NCBI GenBank assembly: GCA_000165425.1
Contig: CT868049.1
Location: 62,001-126,000 of the forward strand
Reading direction: 5' to 3'
Length of the DNA stretch: 64,000 bases
Source of the DNA: Paramecium tetraurelia
Lineage: Eukaryota
How positions within the stretch are numbered: the stretch's first letter is position 1; each line of letters starts with the position of its first letter. The notes beneath the pieces were generated by a model. The model had not been told where the DNA came from. It saw only the letters and a list, made by a program, of their open reading frames with translations, and did no database searches. This document shows, in pieces, positions 13,408 through 27,053 of this stretch. Position numbers and translations under genes: made by a program.

Positions 13408-15200
13408 ATGAATTAAACATAGAAATTGGCATATTATCCAAATTTGCTTGTAATTCTTTAAATCTTTATGGATAGGGTCAATCTGAGAGGATAATCCAAT
13501 AAAATGTCGAGAGTAAGAGAGGCTTGGAGGAATATTTGGCTATTTTACAAGAAAGAGCAAACATTGAAGATCAATATGCCAAATCCTTACACAGACTCTC
13601 CTAACAAATAGATAGATCAAGGTATTTAACTTCTTATGAATATAACAGCATAACATATTTGAGGGAATAATTGGTGAATTAGTTAAGATAGAAAATAGAA
13701 AGGTTGGAGAATTTCGTAGATTTCATCAGATCAGAAATAGCTGAACAGGTTAAAGAAATCATATTGAATTAAAATCAAGTGTAAAGAAAGATTATTGACG
13801 AGATGAAAGGTCTTGAATGGGATTTGTAAGACAAATAGGACGACTTGATGTCAGGAAAATTGGACTATAAGTTGTAGGCACGAGAGTTAGAGTAATCAGG
13901 AATTTAAGATATGATCTATTAATATAGTCTTGATATTTCAGAAGACAAAGCCATAAAGCAAGTATCCAAGTAATTATACTCTAATATATCAACAGAACTC
14001 AGCAAATCTAATAAGAATGTGTCAAATTGGAAAGGGATTTCGAGATTATCGTACTATCCTATAATGAATTCATTGATGTTTATAAAACCAAGATGGAAAG
14101 CTATTTATCTTAGATGGAGTAACAAGAGTAGTAAAAGCTGCTGGTGCAAAAGGATACCTTGATGAAGCTCTTTCTATTTGAGTCTTCCATTTCGAAATAG
14201 TCATTGCAAGATACCGAAAAATTGAATGATCAGATCAGAAAGACAAATCTCCAAGACGTCATAGAGAATTTTATTATGAAATATCAAAGACCTCAAGAAG
14301 CACCTAGAATACTTGAATTCAGACCTTATTCTTCCTTTTTATCTAAGACCATCGAGAGCATGAGGAGTCAGGAGTACCAAAAGTTAAAGGATGTCATCAA
14401 AGCACATAATGACACATTCTACAATATATATGAGGACTATGTGAAAAAGAATGTATGCAATATTTTAATAATCGATAGAATTTGTAAACTATAGAGGAGT
14501 AAGAATTAACTCATTTGATTAGTCGTAACAGTGTGTAGGCTATATACAAGATTATGTAAATTCACATTAATTGTGTATGGAATGCTAATGAGATTTAAAA
14601 TAATGAGACCATTGTAGGTCTACTTAGATAAAGCACTTAGAATAGATTGCTTTGGTGCTAGGCTTTGGAGATATAGGCAAACAAAAGTAACTACAAGGTG
14701 CAATCAAATGATGCTTATGAATAACTAATTAAATGGAGTCAGAAGATAATAAATTTAGTACTTTTAATGTCCTATATAGAGTGTATAGAGTTTTTGGATG
14801 CTTCCCCATTAAGAAAGCTAATCACTGTTAGTTCGTTGATTCACATTGCAGTTTAGAATAAGAAACACTTTTTGATGTATAACATCAAGGATAACAAAGT
14901 CTTGCAGACAGCAGATTTCATAGAAGCCTCTGTTGTCCAAGCTGTATATGATGCCTTGGTTGAGGAAATAAAGGAAGTCACAACTTAGGAAGAGAGAATA
15001 AGAAAGTACATATTTGGTTGTAATGAAGATAAAAAATTAATATCCTGACTTAATTATCAAAGATCTGCTTCACTTTGTTGTAGTTCAACCCAGTAAGTGT
15101 AATTAAAATCTATGCAGAGAACTATTTGAAGTAGTTATCCGTGGCTCAAGATGCTACTGAGAATTTAATGTTTTAGATTGAGAGTTTTGAGTAATTTTGA
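13408..15200 (+). CDS. FCH/F-BAR domain protein with C-terminal SBF2-like helical domain
   Basis: EEYLAILQERANIEDQYAKSLHRLS (FCH motif), extended coiled coil, C-terminal ..LRKLITVSSLIH..HFLMYNIKDNKVLQTADFIEA; several short introns. Confidence 0.7.
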
Positions 15201-16081
15201 AATAAAGTCATATTCTATAAAAATACATATAAATAAATAAATATCAAAATATAATTTAGACTAATAAACTGGGGAGACAATTCATTGATTTATAATATCT
15301 GGATCGTACAAAAATCTGAACTAATAAAAATCTCTGGATAATTGTTCCATCCTTTATGAAATTTTCTTTATGAGCTTTATTCCGGCTCGTTCGCTGGTTA
15401 TTCCCAAGAATTATACTAAAAGTTAACCTGAAAAATATGAATTAAAAATTAGAATTTCCACTAATTGATAGCCTTCTCACATAGTTATAATTAGGACTTC
15501 AATTGTTATGAAGTTGAGTAATTCTGTTTCAAATATAATTTTTGATAGAATCCAGCCCTGATTACTATTCCTAAGCTAACAACCTTCTAACTGATAAAAG
15601 AATTTTGATTTTTGTTATCTCTAATTACAAAACATAGTTAGACGATTTAAATTAATATCTCTCATCCAAAGAAATTATTGTCACTTATACTTACTAGAAG
15701 TCAAGGAGGGTGTGTTCACAAAAATATCATCACTTCAAGAAACTTAAACTATGAATTTGAATATATATTTTAAAAATATGTTAAATCAAGATTAAATAGT
15801 TTAAAAATTACAAGGATATCAAAATAAACTAATGATTTTACTGAACAGAAATGACATCTAATTAGATCTTAATGATTATTAGACAGGAATGAAAATTATG
15901 TTATACTTTGAACATTTATTTGTAAATATAGTAAATGATAATATTACAAGAAACGATGTCTCTAATAGATCATTAAATCTAGTTTATAAAAGAAGCCTTT
16001 TGAAAATAGAAACTTCTAGATGATTAAATATATTTCATATATATATTCTTCTGTTGTTGTTATTGTGTATTAAGAATAATA

Positions 16082-17479
16082 TCACCATTCTAATTTATCT
16101 AAACCTTTCTCGAACTCAGCTGCACCATCATAGAATTGGGAATACCATTATCTCCATTACAATAATGCTTAGTCAGAATAGGTCTTCAAATTGTATCTGA
16201 GTATTTCTGAGAATATTTTGGCATTCCACAATTTGACATCAAATAGAACTTATCTCAATTCTGCATGAAGCAAATAAGCAGAGAACCAATATGGCAAATA
16301 ACCATTAGTAAATACTGTATGATAGACTTTTTAAGTGAATTTCTCAACAGGTTAAATTGACTATTTAAATAAGACTTCGAATATTGCACTCTTGACATAC
16401 AATGCAACAGTGGAAGGACCCATTTAGAATCCAGTAGCCCAAATGGCATGGAATTTAAATCTGTTGAATAGAATCACATATCCATCTAGAAGGAGTACAT
16501 TCAAATAAGGAATCAATTCTTTGTTTGTGAAATATTAATCGAAAAGCTATTTTTGATATTATCTGCATCTGGGAACTGGATGTGTCATTTCTTTTAAGAA
16601 ATCGGAATCCTTGGCATTCTTGGTTTTCATTTCCCATTTCAAACTCACCAACCAATGGGGTATGATATCCATGGCAGATGCATGAATATAATCGAAATGT
16701 CTCATGTCAGCCCCATTCTCTGGTATTTCTTGAATGTGACAATTCACATAGTTGATACTCTCTGCTCTCAGGGTTAAATGATCACTCTCCTCACTTACTA
16801 CATCGTACCATCTATAACATAGCATTAATAGTTTTACGGCTTGGCCTCCTTCGAATGTAACCAAACATACACTATTCCTTTTACTTCCTTCACCAAGTAT
16901 GTTTTTATTTTGACTTCCCCCTCTGCAATCTTTTGTATATATTCTCCCTTTTAATTCTTTGTCACTCTTTCTATATCCGGATAACAATAAGTTGTGACTA
17001 TCTTTGGCTCCAGTTGCTCTGAATTGACACATAAACCACTTTTCCCATCGAAAGTCCATCCGTGGAATGGACATCTTTTTAAGATTATCTTAATATCATT
17101 ACTCAATGCAAGACCGAAACTTCACCTATCCACCAATACCCAAGTTGGCACCCATGTGAGGACAATAGGCAGCCACAGCATATACTTATTTATCAGTTCC
17201 TCTGTAATATGCGATGTGTCTTCCACACAATTTAATTTCTTTTACTTCTCTATTTAATATATTAAATACATTTTACCCTGGTTACAATTCTCCTGATCTG
17301 CAAAGACGATACCAACCATTAGGATAAGATGGTGGACACTTTCCTCTTGGTAATTTGTTTTTGATGTTCTTCTCGTCCAATTTCTCAACAATAGTGAAGA
17401 ATTTGAACTTTTTGTAGTACAGATAATACAATAAGAAGGCTGTTAAAGTCAAAACCATTTCTAATGATAAGATAGCCAT
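16082..17479 (-). CDS. Rieske sterol C7(8)-desaturase, Neverland/DAF-36/DES7 family
   Basis: N-terminal TM, PPSYPNGWY, Rieske CPHMGANLG..CPFHGW (split by a 28-nt intron), mononuclear Fe motif EIPENGADMRHFDYIH. Confidence 0.9.
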
Positions 17480-17579
17480 TTAGAAATAATAATATTATTT
17501 AATTTATTTACATTGATCCAATTATGAATACTATTTTTATATTTATTTTTCAATTCTCATTAGATTATAACTGATAAAA

Positions 17580-19200
17580 ATTAAGACTTATCTTCACATT
17601 GCAATTAATCGATATTATCTAATCCCTTCCTGTTGAAATTTAAGAATCTCATCCTATCTTGTTTAAGAAAACTCTAAAATCTCTTCTAGATTGTTTCAAT
17701 AATGATATGATTTGATCAAATATTCAAATAGGCTATTAATGAATGCAAACTTATCTTAGCCGAAAAGATTCAAATAAGTTAAATTTAGTGATATCTTAAA
17801 GAGTTTGATATAGCGATCCAATCTGTTAGGCTTGAAAGGAAACAAATAGATTAAAAAGCACCCAAAGAATTGAATTATAAATCAAAAACGAAACTCTAAA
17901 TATACCCCTTTTCTGCTCACAGATAATGCTATTTTTGTTTCTTTGTTTTAGGTTTTTAAATAATCATAGTTTATTCTGTTGATTTAGTAATGCGATTTCA
18001 GAATGATTTTTATATATTTTTCGAGAATCATGTTTATGGATTAATTTATAAAGTGTAGTACCTTTTGATAATCAATTTTATTAATCATCAAAATATTGTC
18101 CTACTTAAACAAATTAGTTTATCACAGAATCAGCACAAAAATAAGAATATTAATCAACTTAATTATATATGGAATTACAACTTATATATTTGTTCGTTGG
18201 GATTTAATGTAAGGATAATTAGAATATATTAAAGGATATTCATTATTATAACTTGTATTGATTTTTAAATGCTTTTAACTTATGACAAAATGAATCTTTG
18301 TGGTGTTTATTGATTTCCCATCAAAACGTACATAATTTCTTACAATATAATTAAAGTTATTTATTATCAAGTTTTTAGTAGTGCTTTAAATTTCATTGAA
18401 AAATAGATATCTAGTTTGATGATGTCTAACAATAACTGTTTCAAATTGATTTTAATTGTATTTAGAAGAACAAAAAATTTAATTTTTGTACTTGAAATAT
18501 TTAAAAAATGAGACATTCATAATCTATATTTGATTCATTGATATCTTAAAGAAAGAACTTGACATCTTTACTCATCTTATAATTACTGCACTCTATTAAA
18601 GCAATATAAGTGTTTACCATTTATACTTAAATATTGCTAATTTTATTAAAGACTTGGAGTGTTTGAACGAATTTAATTCATTTAGCTTGAATTTTGATAT
18701 AAATCAAAGTGAATGGTTTTCAGAGTCATGATTGATATAATTATATGTTTAACAAATAAACTTATCGAAAGAACCACTCTTTGGTCATTTGATAGATTCC
18801 ATTCAGAGGGATCTGAGTCCTTGATTATTATACTATTTCTGATTACACGTGGTTGAGAATCATGAATAGAATGGACATTACAATTAAAAACTATCTAAAA
18901 CTATCTCAAAAATACATAAACTTATCAATCTAAAATATGTTTATTTTGAATACGAATATATACAGATATAGTGAATCAGATATGAGAATTGGATATCCCT
19001 AAGATTCCTTTGATTGTAATTTTATTTAAATTGACCGAAGACAGTCCAATTCTTTATTATTGTGGCTTCGAGATTCCAATAACAAATTTGTGTCTTTAAA
19101 TCTGATTGTTAAATTCATCCTATTTCGGTGATAAAGTATGAGTTTCTAGGTCTGTCTCTAAAATATCCCAATCAGAAAAGGATAACTTAGTCGATTGAAC
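17580..19200 (+). pseudogene. probable decayed gene relic
   Basis: ~1.6 kb gap, long for this genome, with coding-like helical segments interrupted by TGA stops and frame changes. Confidence 0.3.
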
Positions 19201-19699
19201 TTCAATTGTAATATTACAATTCATTTTATGATTTTCAGATTATTTAAGAATCTTATATTTATCTAAGTTTAATTTAATAGTACATAGTAATATGTATAAT
19301 ATGTATTATATGTATCTCATTGTTTCATTTTAAAGTACTTGATTAATCATATTAGACCTTTTTATCTATAATTTACTACATTTTAAAGAAGAATAACGAA
19401 TAATATGATTTGAAAATGAGTGTAATATTTTAAATATATAATTTAACACTAAAATTAATTTTATTAATAATATGCTTAATTATTTTTAAATCATTACTAT
19501 ATCATATTATTAGAATATATCTTCTTACTTTCATACACATATGTAAATTATGATAGAAATACCGAACCATAAGAAAACCAAAACTAAGTCAAAATTTTAA
19601 AAACTAAAATAAATATGTAAAATTATTCAAATTTCCTTATTTATTTATAAATTTATTATGAATTAGTAATCTTAATGAGATAAATAAAATTATTAATTA

Positions 19700-21075
19700 A
19701 TGGGAACCAACAACTCTAAGGAAACAAGTAAGCTAATTTTTAACCAAATAGAAAAACCACCAATTCGTAATGAGGATAAGAGGATAGAAAAAATAATGGA
19801 TTAAATGTCATTTAATTAAAAAGCTTAATCAAAAAGGACTGAGTAGAAAACACTTCCTATTGTCTACTAATATAAAATCTAATCTCAATTTGCTTAATAA
19901 TGTATGAATTTCAAAAAGTATATTTAGAGAATGATATTTACTTAGAAAATGATCTCCAATTTTTAAAATATGACCCTGACAATTAAGAATGCGGAAATCT
20001 AAATTAATCAACCTTCAATCAATAGTCGGCCTTTAAGGATTAAGGATAGAATTCATTAAACGAAGAATAATCCCAAAGTTTAGATAATAAAACCATCGAT
20101 AAAGTTATAGATGTTCACGAATGCAGAAGCAAATTAAGAATAATACCACTTGTCATCGAAGATCAATAGCATCCAATTGTAATTTAAATTTCGGATGATT
20201 TAAAAATTGAATTGAATCAGCATCACCCTACAGCTCAAGAGGCTATTCTCTATTAAGACAAAGAGATCCAGATTAGTAATTTAAGAATAGCTGGAATATG
20301 GAGATATCTTGGTCCTTATGAGGGTTTCCTAAAGAACAAATAACCATATTAACTATTTGACTAATCGATCTATATTGGTGATTGGTTCAAAAAGAAGAGG
20401 GAAGGATTTGGTTTATTAATAAATGAAAATTACCTTTATGAAGGATAATGGCTGGAGGATAAATATCATGGGAATGGAAGGATAATTTATGGAAATAGCA
20501 ATGCCTATATAGGATAATTCAAACAAGGATTATATCATGGGGAAGGCTTTTATATTTAAAATATTGATTAAGCTAATACCATATATGAAGGAGAGTGGTT
20601 GTCAGGTTTAAAGAATGGAATGGGTAAGGAATAAATGCCTGATGGCACCATTTTTATAGGATAATTTAAAGACAATGAGAGACATGGTCATGGAAAATTA
20701 TTTAATATAAGAGATTCATATGTTTTTGAAGGACAATGGATTGGAGGTATCACAGTAGAAAAAGGAATTTTGATATGGCAGGACGGGAAAAGATTTGAAG
20801 GAGGATGGTAGAATAATATGATGAATGGTTAAGGCGTGTTTATTTGGCCAGGAGGCAAAAAGTATGTAGGACATTATGTAAATAACCTAAGAGATGGTTA
20901 TGGAGAGTATTATTATAAGGATGGTAAGATTTATAAGGGGATGTGGAAGGCAGGATTAATGGATGGATAAGGGATTATTATATATCCTAACAATACTCAT
21001 GAAAGGGGAATCTGGAAGTAAGGTAAGAGGGTTGATTTATAGGGGAAGAAGAAGCATAAACAAAAAGTAGTTTGA
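19700..21075 (+). CDS. MORN-repeat protein with possible N-myristoylation
   Basis: MGTNNS start; ~10 MORN repeats (YEGQWLEDKYHGNG, YIGQFKQGLYHGEG, YKGMWKAGLMDGQG...). Confidence 0.9.
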
Positions 21076-21565
21076 GCAATTTTGATTTATAAATAATTTT
21101 TCTTTACAAATCTTTCACTAAAAGCTCATAAAAAAGAAGGGGAGATTGATTATATTAATTAAACTATTCATAAATTTAGATAATATTTTATTGAATGTTA
21201 TGTATTTTGATGATAATATTGACGAATTGAACATTAAGCAATAATGAATTAATTATTATTGTTTTGCTTATAAAATTCTATTATAATTTTCAATCAATTT
21301 AACTTTGAGATTGGCCAGATAAGCATCATTTATTTTCTCTATTTCTTATTTGAGATTACTAAGAATAATAATTTTAGAAATTTTCCTATTTTATAGAGAT
21401 ATGCCTAGTCTCATTGGCTATCATTATAATCAATAGCTTCACAGTGCAGAGAATTGTCCTTAATGAGTAACCATCCTTTTTCGGCGAAAATTTCTTTCAA
21501 ACTTCGAAAACTCTAAATCTTTGAGTTCCATATAATCCATTAATATAATTCAAATTTTAATTAAT

Positions 21566-21933
21566 ATGATGCCTAACAACTAGTACTAAAGTCCATAAAG
21601 TTCTTAATTGCCTGTACAAAGTTACAAGTTCTTGGAAGTTGTGCGAGAAGAGGAGGCTGAAGATGAGAAACCAACCCATATATTTAGCGAGAATCTAACG
21701 GAAAGCCAAACAAGTATTTAGAGATTGCATATTCTTTTAAGGAATGCTTACTGCTTACACAACCCCAATGAAGAACATAAAACGGAATGGAGGCAATTCG
21801 TCATCTTCTGGAAGGAGTCCCTTTTAAGAACTCTAAAAGTCAAGTTCCAATTAGGTATTTCAAATTACAAAATGTTTAGAAAATATTAACCACTGTAACA
21901 CCGAACAAGAATTCAGTTTTGAAGTTCAGATGA
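21566..21933 (+). CDS. small (~104 aa) disordered protein with CDK sites, D-box-like motif and hydrophobic-Arg C-terminus
   Basis: After 2 short GT-AG introns: ..TPMK..RSPFQELQ..TPNKNSVLKFR*. Confidence 0.6.
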
Positions 21934-22575
21934 CATTTTTTTTTAATTTGCATTTCCCCTTATAAAAATGCATTTTTGTAATAATGACTCCTTTCTCCTT
22001 ATATCTATTAATAATATAAACTTTTTCATTTAATAATGTTTAATTTAGCTTTCAAGAGGATACCATTGAAATTACAAAGTATCTGAATATGGAAGAAATG
22101 TTGACTCATGGAGTATGTAAAATTTATCATCAAATACAAGTTATCTTAACAAAAATTGATTTATTCATCACTTAGAGGCTTGTGATTGCCAAAAAATCTT
22201 TAATAGGGATTTAGAAGGCCAAGTTATCTAACATTACTATATTTGCCGTTTTCTTTATTTTGATTTATTGAGATATTCTACCTCAATATATCAGCCTACC
22301 TATTGGATTTTGCCTTTCAAGCGTCACAATGTCACAATGTTTTCGCCTTAAATTCTAATTATATTATATTCTTATTAGATAATTTATTAGTAAGATCATT
22401 CTTTTTTACCAAATACCATATACAATTCTATTTAAGGATTACTATGTTTATTACTTGTTTTCAAGAGGGCTGAAAATTGTAATAATCAAAGACGATCCTA
22501 TATAAAAATTATTAATAGTCCATAGAGAGAAAGTTAGAAATAAATTAAAAAATTCACTTTTTGAAAATGATATTG

Positions 22576-23555
22576 TCAATATTCAGTTTTTTTATGTGGA
22601 TCATAGTATTTGCTTTCTTCCTAAATTTTCTATAATTATTATTATAATAAAAATGTCTCCTGTAATAAAGCCTATAAATATTTCTCTTTAATTTCTTCAT
22701 CATGTTTGTCTTATGTAAGGTACTTCAATTTTGCCCCGTAAATAATGGAATTTTTGTCAAACTTCTTGATCATTTTGTCAGCATCAAACCCTTCTTTTTT
22801 TGTTTATCTGGTTTTAAAGGTTTCCTTATACATTCCAACTTCCTATTCTAAGAGTTTCTTTTCCTCGATCAAATTTTGTATTTATCTAATGTATAAAAGT
22901 GTATTACCTGTCCTTAAGTGAATTGTCTGGTTTTAGTTTATTTTTCTGGGTTAACTCATTGGCTGTTTTAATTTTACTTACATTGACTAGAGTTGATTTT
23001 TAGACAAGTATCTAATCATTCAAACAATCATGTCCTTCGTATTTTTTGGGTACAACTACCGAACTCTGTTATAGATTAGGCTTTTTGGTTTATATTTGAG
23101 TTTAGAGTTCTGCATTCTATTTTTTCAATGCATCAACCAAAAATTCTAGTTCTCTAATGTATTCGATTCTGACTGCAGAACTACCAAAGGCACTCTCATC
23201 AACGAACAAATTGCTCAGTTTTTAATTGGTTCTAAGGATTATTGAACATGGTATTTACGGATATTTTGCAAAATCTGATGGTTTTTGTCCCAATTCTATT
23301 TTTTTGATTTGTGAGTTAGCCATCTTTTCGATTCCTGATTAGGGTCTTTTTTTGGCTTCGAAGTCATATACTCCTAATGTGGTTTTTAATGATTTGTTTT
23401 GTGATTCCAGTATTCTTAGTTCATTAAGAATAATTTAGATGAATACCTTCCTTTAAGTTTTTAATGTATAGATTGGATAGTGCCACTGGGTCCTAAGCTT
23501 ATTTGATTTCATCTAACCAATTAATAGGTTTTTTAGATTATGGATGTTTATTCAT
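22576..23555 (-). CDS. hypothetical coiled-coil protein (start ambiguous: 23555 or 23512)
   Basis: Long open frame ELRILESQNK..IRELEFLVDALKKQNAELQ..TEY*; short introns. Confidence 0.6.
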
Positions 23556-23568
23556 AAATAAAAAATAA

Positions 23569-24335
23569 ATGGATAATTATTTCACAATAATCAGTTTGCT
23601 TGGTTTGAGAAATCAGAATTTACCACCATTCAGGTAACTGCTCTTAGATAATCATTTAGAGAAGCTCGTTTAAAGCGTTATAAATCAATAAAGAAAATGG
23701 TGGAATTGATTGAAACAGCAGGATGGACTCAACCAAAGGTACCATTTAATGCCTTCTGTCTCAGTTCATAAGACCGTATGCAATACAATATGATTGATTA
23801 GCTGAATGGGAAGATGACATGACTTATCCTGTAATCGAATATAATAAGTTTGGATACTAAGCATTGGCATTTGGAATGAATTTGGTATGTAAATCGAATA
23901 ATGAAAAGTTCCTCTATGCTTACAATTACAATGTGATAACACAAAACATTAGATTCAGAACATTTAGATACCTCTTCCCAGTTGTATAATGTGTGATCTT
24001 TAGCAGAATATATTTCGAATACAAATCAGAACTCACTAAAGTGAACTTGTTTGATGAGTATGTTCAATTGAGAGCATAAGAATTGGTAAAAGAAAATGAA
24101 TTTTTATTGGAACATGAAGGTTAAAACTATAGAATTTAATGTAGACATCAAAAGATTTGTATGGTGGTATGAGGATTACAAAGAAACCTTATGCAGAGTT
24201 CACAGACAAGCAAATGATCATGCAGCCACAGACTTCAAAGACTCAGAACTAATCTTACAAGATTTCATTCGAAGATACACTAATCCAAACTCAGCTAGAC
24301 CGCTCAACTATCAAGAGAAGGGAGTCTTGTTCTGA
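23569..24335 (+). CDS. conserved ciliate mitochondrial protein, likely ciliate-specific ATP synthase subunit (ATPTT7-like, from recalled Tetrahymena sequence)
   Basis: MDNYFTIISLLGLRNQNLPPFREARLKRYKSIKKM..FLYAYNYN..VNLFDEYVQLRAQELVK..WWYED..DFKDSELILQDFIRRYTNP; 4 short introns. Confidence 0.65.
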
Positions 24336-24355
24336 AATAACCATTTATCCATATA

Positions 24356-25685
24356 TCATTACAATAGAAAAATTTTAATTACTCCATCAAAATTAATGCA
24401 AACAACATAATTCTAATACTCTGCTACATTTGCAACTCCATCTTATGACACGCTTTGAATGTTCTTAACTTATAACACTTTCTCCTTCTCTTATGCCCTC
24501 ACAAATAAACTATTTTCTTGGTTTAATTAATTTAAATCAACATCTGTTATTGAAATCGTACCATCATAGCATCCGCATATTATCCTGAACTCTGTTGCAC
24601 TTATTGAACTAAACACTCCTCTAGAAATAAATGAGTTATGACCCAGCAATCGTATCCATGACACTTTTGTATTGAAGTTTATCACGTAAGCAGAATCATC
24701 CTAGGCTCCTAAACAAACCTATTTAACTAGCTCTACTTACACTGCTGAAATTTGGATTAAACGAAAATGAACAAATCCCACAATATTCAGTTTTAAATGA
24801 AAATAATGGTTTATTAGTTATAGCATCTAGCAATCTAAAATATCCATCTAATCCACTTATCGCTAAACACAACCCCTTCTCCATTCGTTGCTCAGGATTG
24901 TTTAGATGTTCCAAAGGACTAAAAGGTAATATCTCAATATCATTAATTGACATGGATTAGAATCTAAATAAAAAAAGAGGGTTCATCTTTTGCTAACAGT
25001 ACTAAAAATTCGAAAATTCCCCATAATTTAAATAGTGATAATGAAAATTATGTGCTGATTCAAATTACTTTAGTGTTTTCTAACTTACTTATATAGAATT
25101 ATTATATTACCTATAGATTTATGATATATGAATGACAATTGCATTACTTTTTCATATTCGTTCGAAAATTTGAACATTTAAAGATCTTGATGATAAATGC
25201 AAACGACTCCTTCTAAAAAAAGAGTAACAAAATATTTTTGGAAAATATGAATTTTCAAGGGTCTCTTCTTGATAATAGATTCTTAATTCTGCCGATTGAA
25301 TTCTTTAATTATTCGCTATGTGGATATCTATTTTTAAATTATTCTGCCATCCAAATAGCCTCCAATTAGGTTATCTGCATCTAATAATCTGAAACATGAT
25401 AAATATTGATTTGGTTATTCTTCATGCTATTTATTCTAAACAGCTTTGGTGCCTGATAATCCAATATATGCAAACATTCTTGGAATCTTCAACGCCATTA
25501 GAGTGTCAGATTTTTAAGCTTTGATAATAAATGGAAGAGTAAATACTTATAAAATCTACTTAAATAGTCTCAGGATCTGTAAATGGCTCCTTACTATTAA
25601 TTGAACACACTATGTATAATTTATTTAATTTTGGTGATTTGACATCTAAAGTAATTGAATCATCTATAATTTTTGATTAATCCAT
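24356..25685 (-). CDS. WD40-repeat protein, WDR20/DMWD/CreC-like
   Basis: LAISGLDGYFRL..FKTEYCGICSFSFNP..GAQDDSAYV..LLGHNSFIS parallels the WDR20 motif order. Confidence 0.7.
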
Positions 25686-25840
25686 TATTGATAAATGTAT
25701 AATAATAATATTATTGCAATTAACCTATCAATCAATAAAAAAATGCTATTCTAATAATTTGATCAGGTTTTTTAAAGATAAAAACACTTTAAGATAATCT
25801 TTATAATTATAATGCAAACTTAAATATTTATTTGATGAAA

Positions 25841-26569
25841 TCACAATTATAGATTCTCTAATCTGTTGATGCAATCTATTCCGGATTCAAAATACACTTT
25901 CTCGCATTCTAAGTCCTTTTGCTTGATCAATTTTTCTAAGCCATATCCTTTCCTAACAAAAATGATATCCTCCTTTCTCAATATTGTTCCTGGACAGTAA
26001 TCATTCTTGCCGTCTCCAAAATAACACACTTTTTCATAGTTATTAAATTAATAATTATCTAAAAGGATAGTTTTTTTGCACATGTTTCTAGGGCAGGTTG
26101 ACTCGCATTCATTCTTGTGATATGGGAAGATTGATATTTCCATATCATCAATAATTTACACTGGATTAGTAAAAATTTTATCAAAAACATCCTTAAGATC
26201 TTGTTTTTCTAAAATAGAATCAATGAAAAATGTATTAGAATCACTTGCAATTATGCATTCAATTTAGTCTTTATTTTTTCTAATGTTAATAATAATACAT
26301 GGGTACCTAATGAAATTCATCAATTCTCTAAATCCTTAGGTTAACTCCATTTCTTGCAAACAAGTTTTAACTTATTAAACGCTAATGTCGTTGTGATAAT
26401 AAAATTGTAAGACTTTTCTCATCACTTTATTCCAATGTTTTTCTTTCTCAAATTATGGAGGCAAGCTTTTATGACCTTCTGGGAGCAATTTCCAAATGTA
26501 GGTGTCTGTATTGTCATCAACAATGGTATTGTCGAAATCAAAAATGAAGAGAAATCTTTTCTTTAACAT
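25841..26569 (-). CDS. HAD phosphatase, PHOSPHO1/PHOSPHO2 (pyridoxal phosphate/phosphoethanolamine phosphatase) family
   Basis: FDFDNTIVDDNTD motif I, IASDSNTFFI, CPRNMCKK, YFGDGKNDYCP. Confidence 0.9.
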
Positions 26570-27053
26570 AAATAATAATAATTCAAGTTTCAACATTTGC
26601 CTTGTATTAAAACAGATTTATCGAATTTGATCCCATTTTGCAAGCCTGTTTAAAACTCAGGAGAATTCGGTGATATTGTTTGAATTTAAACTAATATTGA
26701 TTGAATTATCTCCTGATGTCCATACCTTTTATATTTAAGAATAAAGAGAAAATTTCCAAAATATAAGTAATTTCTCTAATAATTGATAATAATAAGTAGA
26801 TTTAACTAATTTAATTACATCATATTCTTAAGTATCAATATTATTGATCTGTATTCGATAATGTTAATTATTCAGAACAACAACATTCTCTTTCTTTATT
26901 TGGTTAATTAAAATATCAAATACAGCTAATTCGATTTCCTCAATTCATTCTTTATGCGTCTTCATTATTCAATTATATATTTGATAGACTTGATTTAGCT
27001 TGAACTGTGTCCGCTTATAAATATTATATTATAAATTTATTTATTCATACAAA

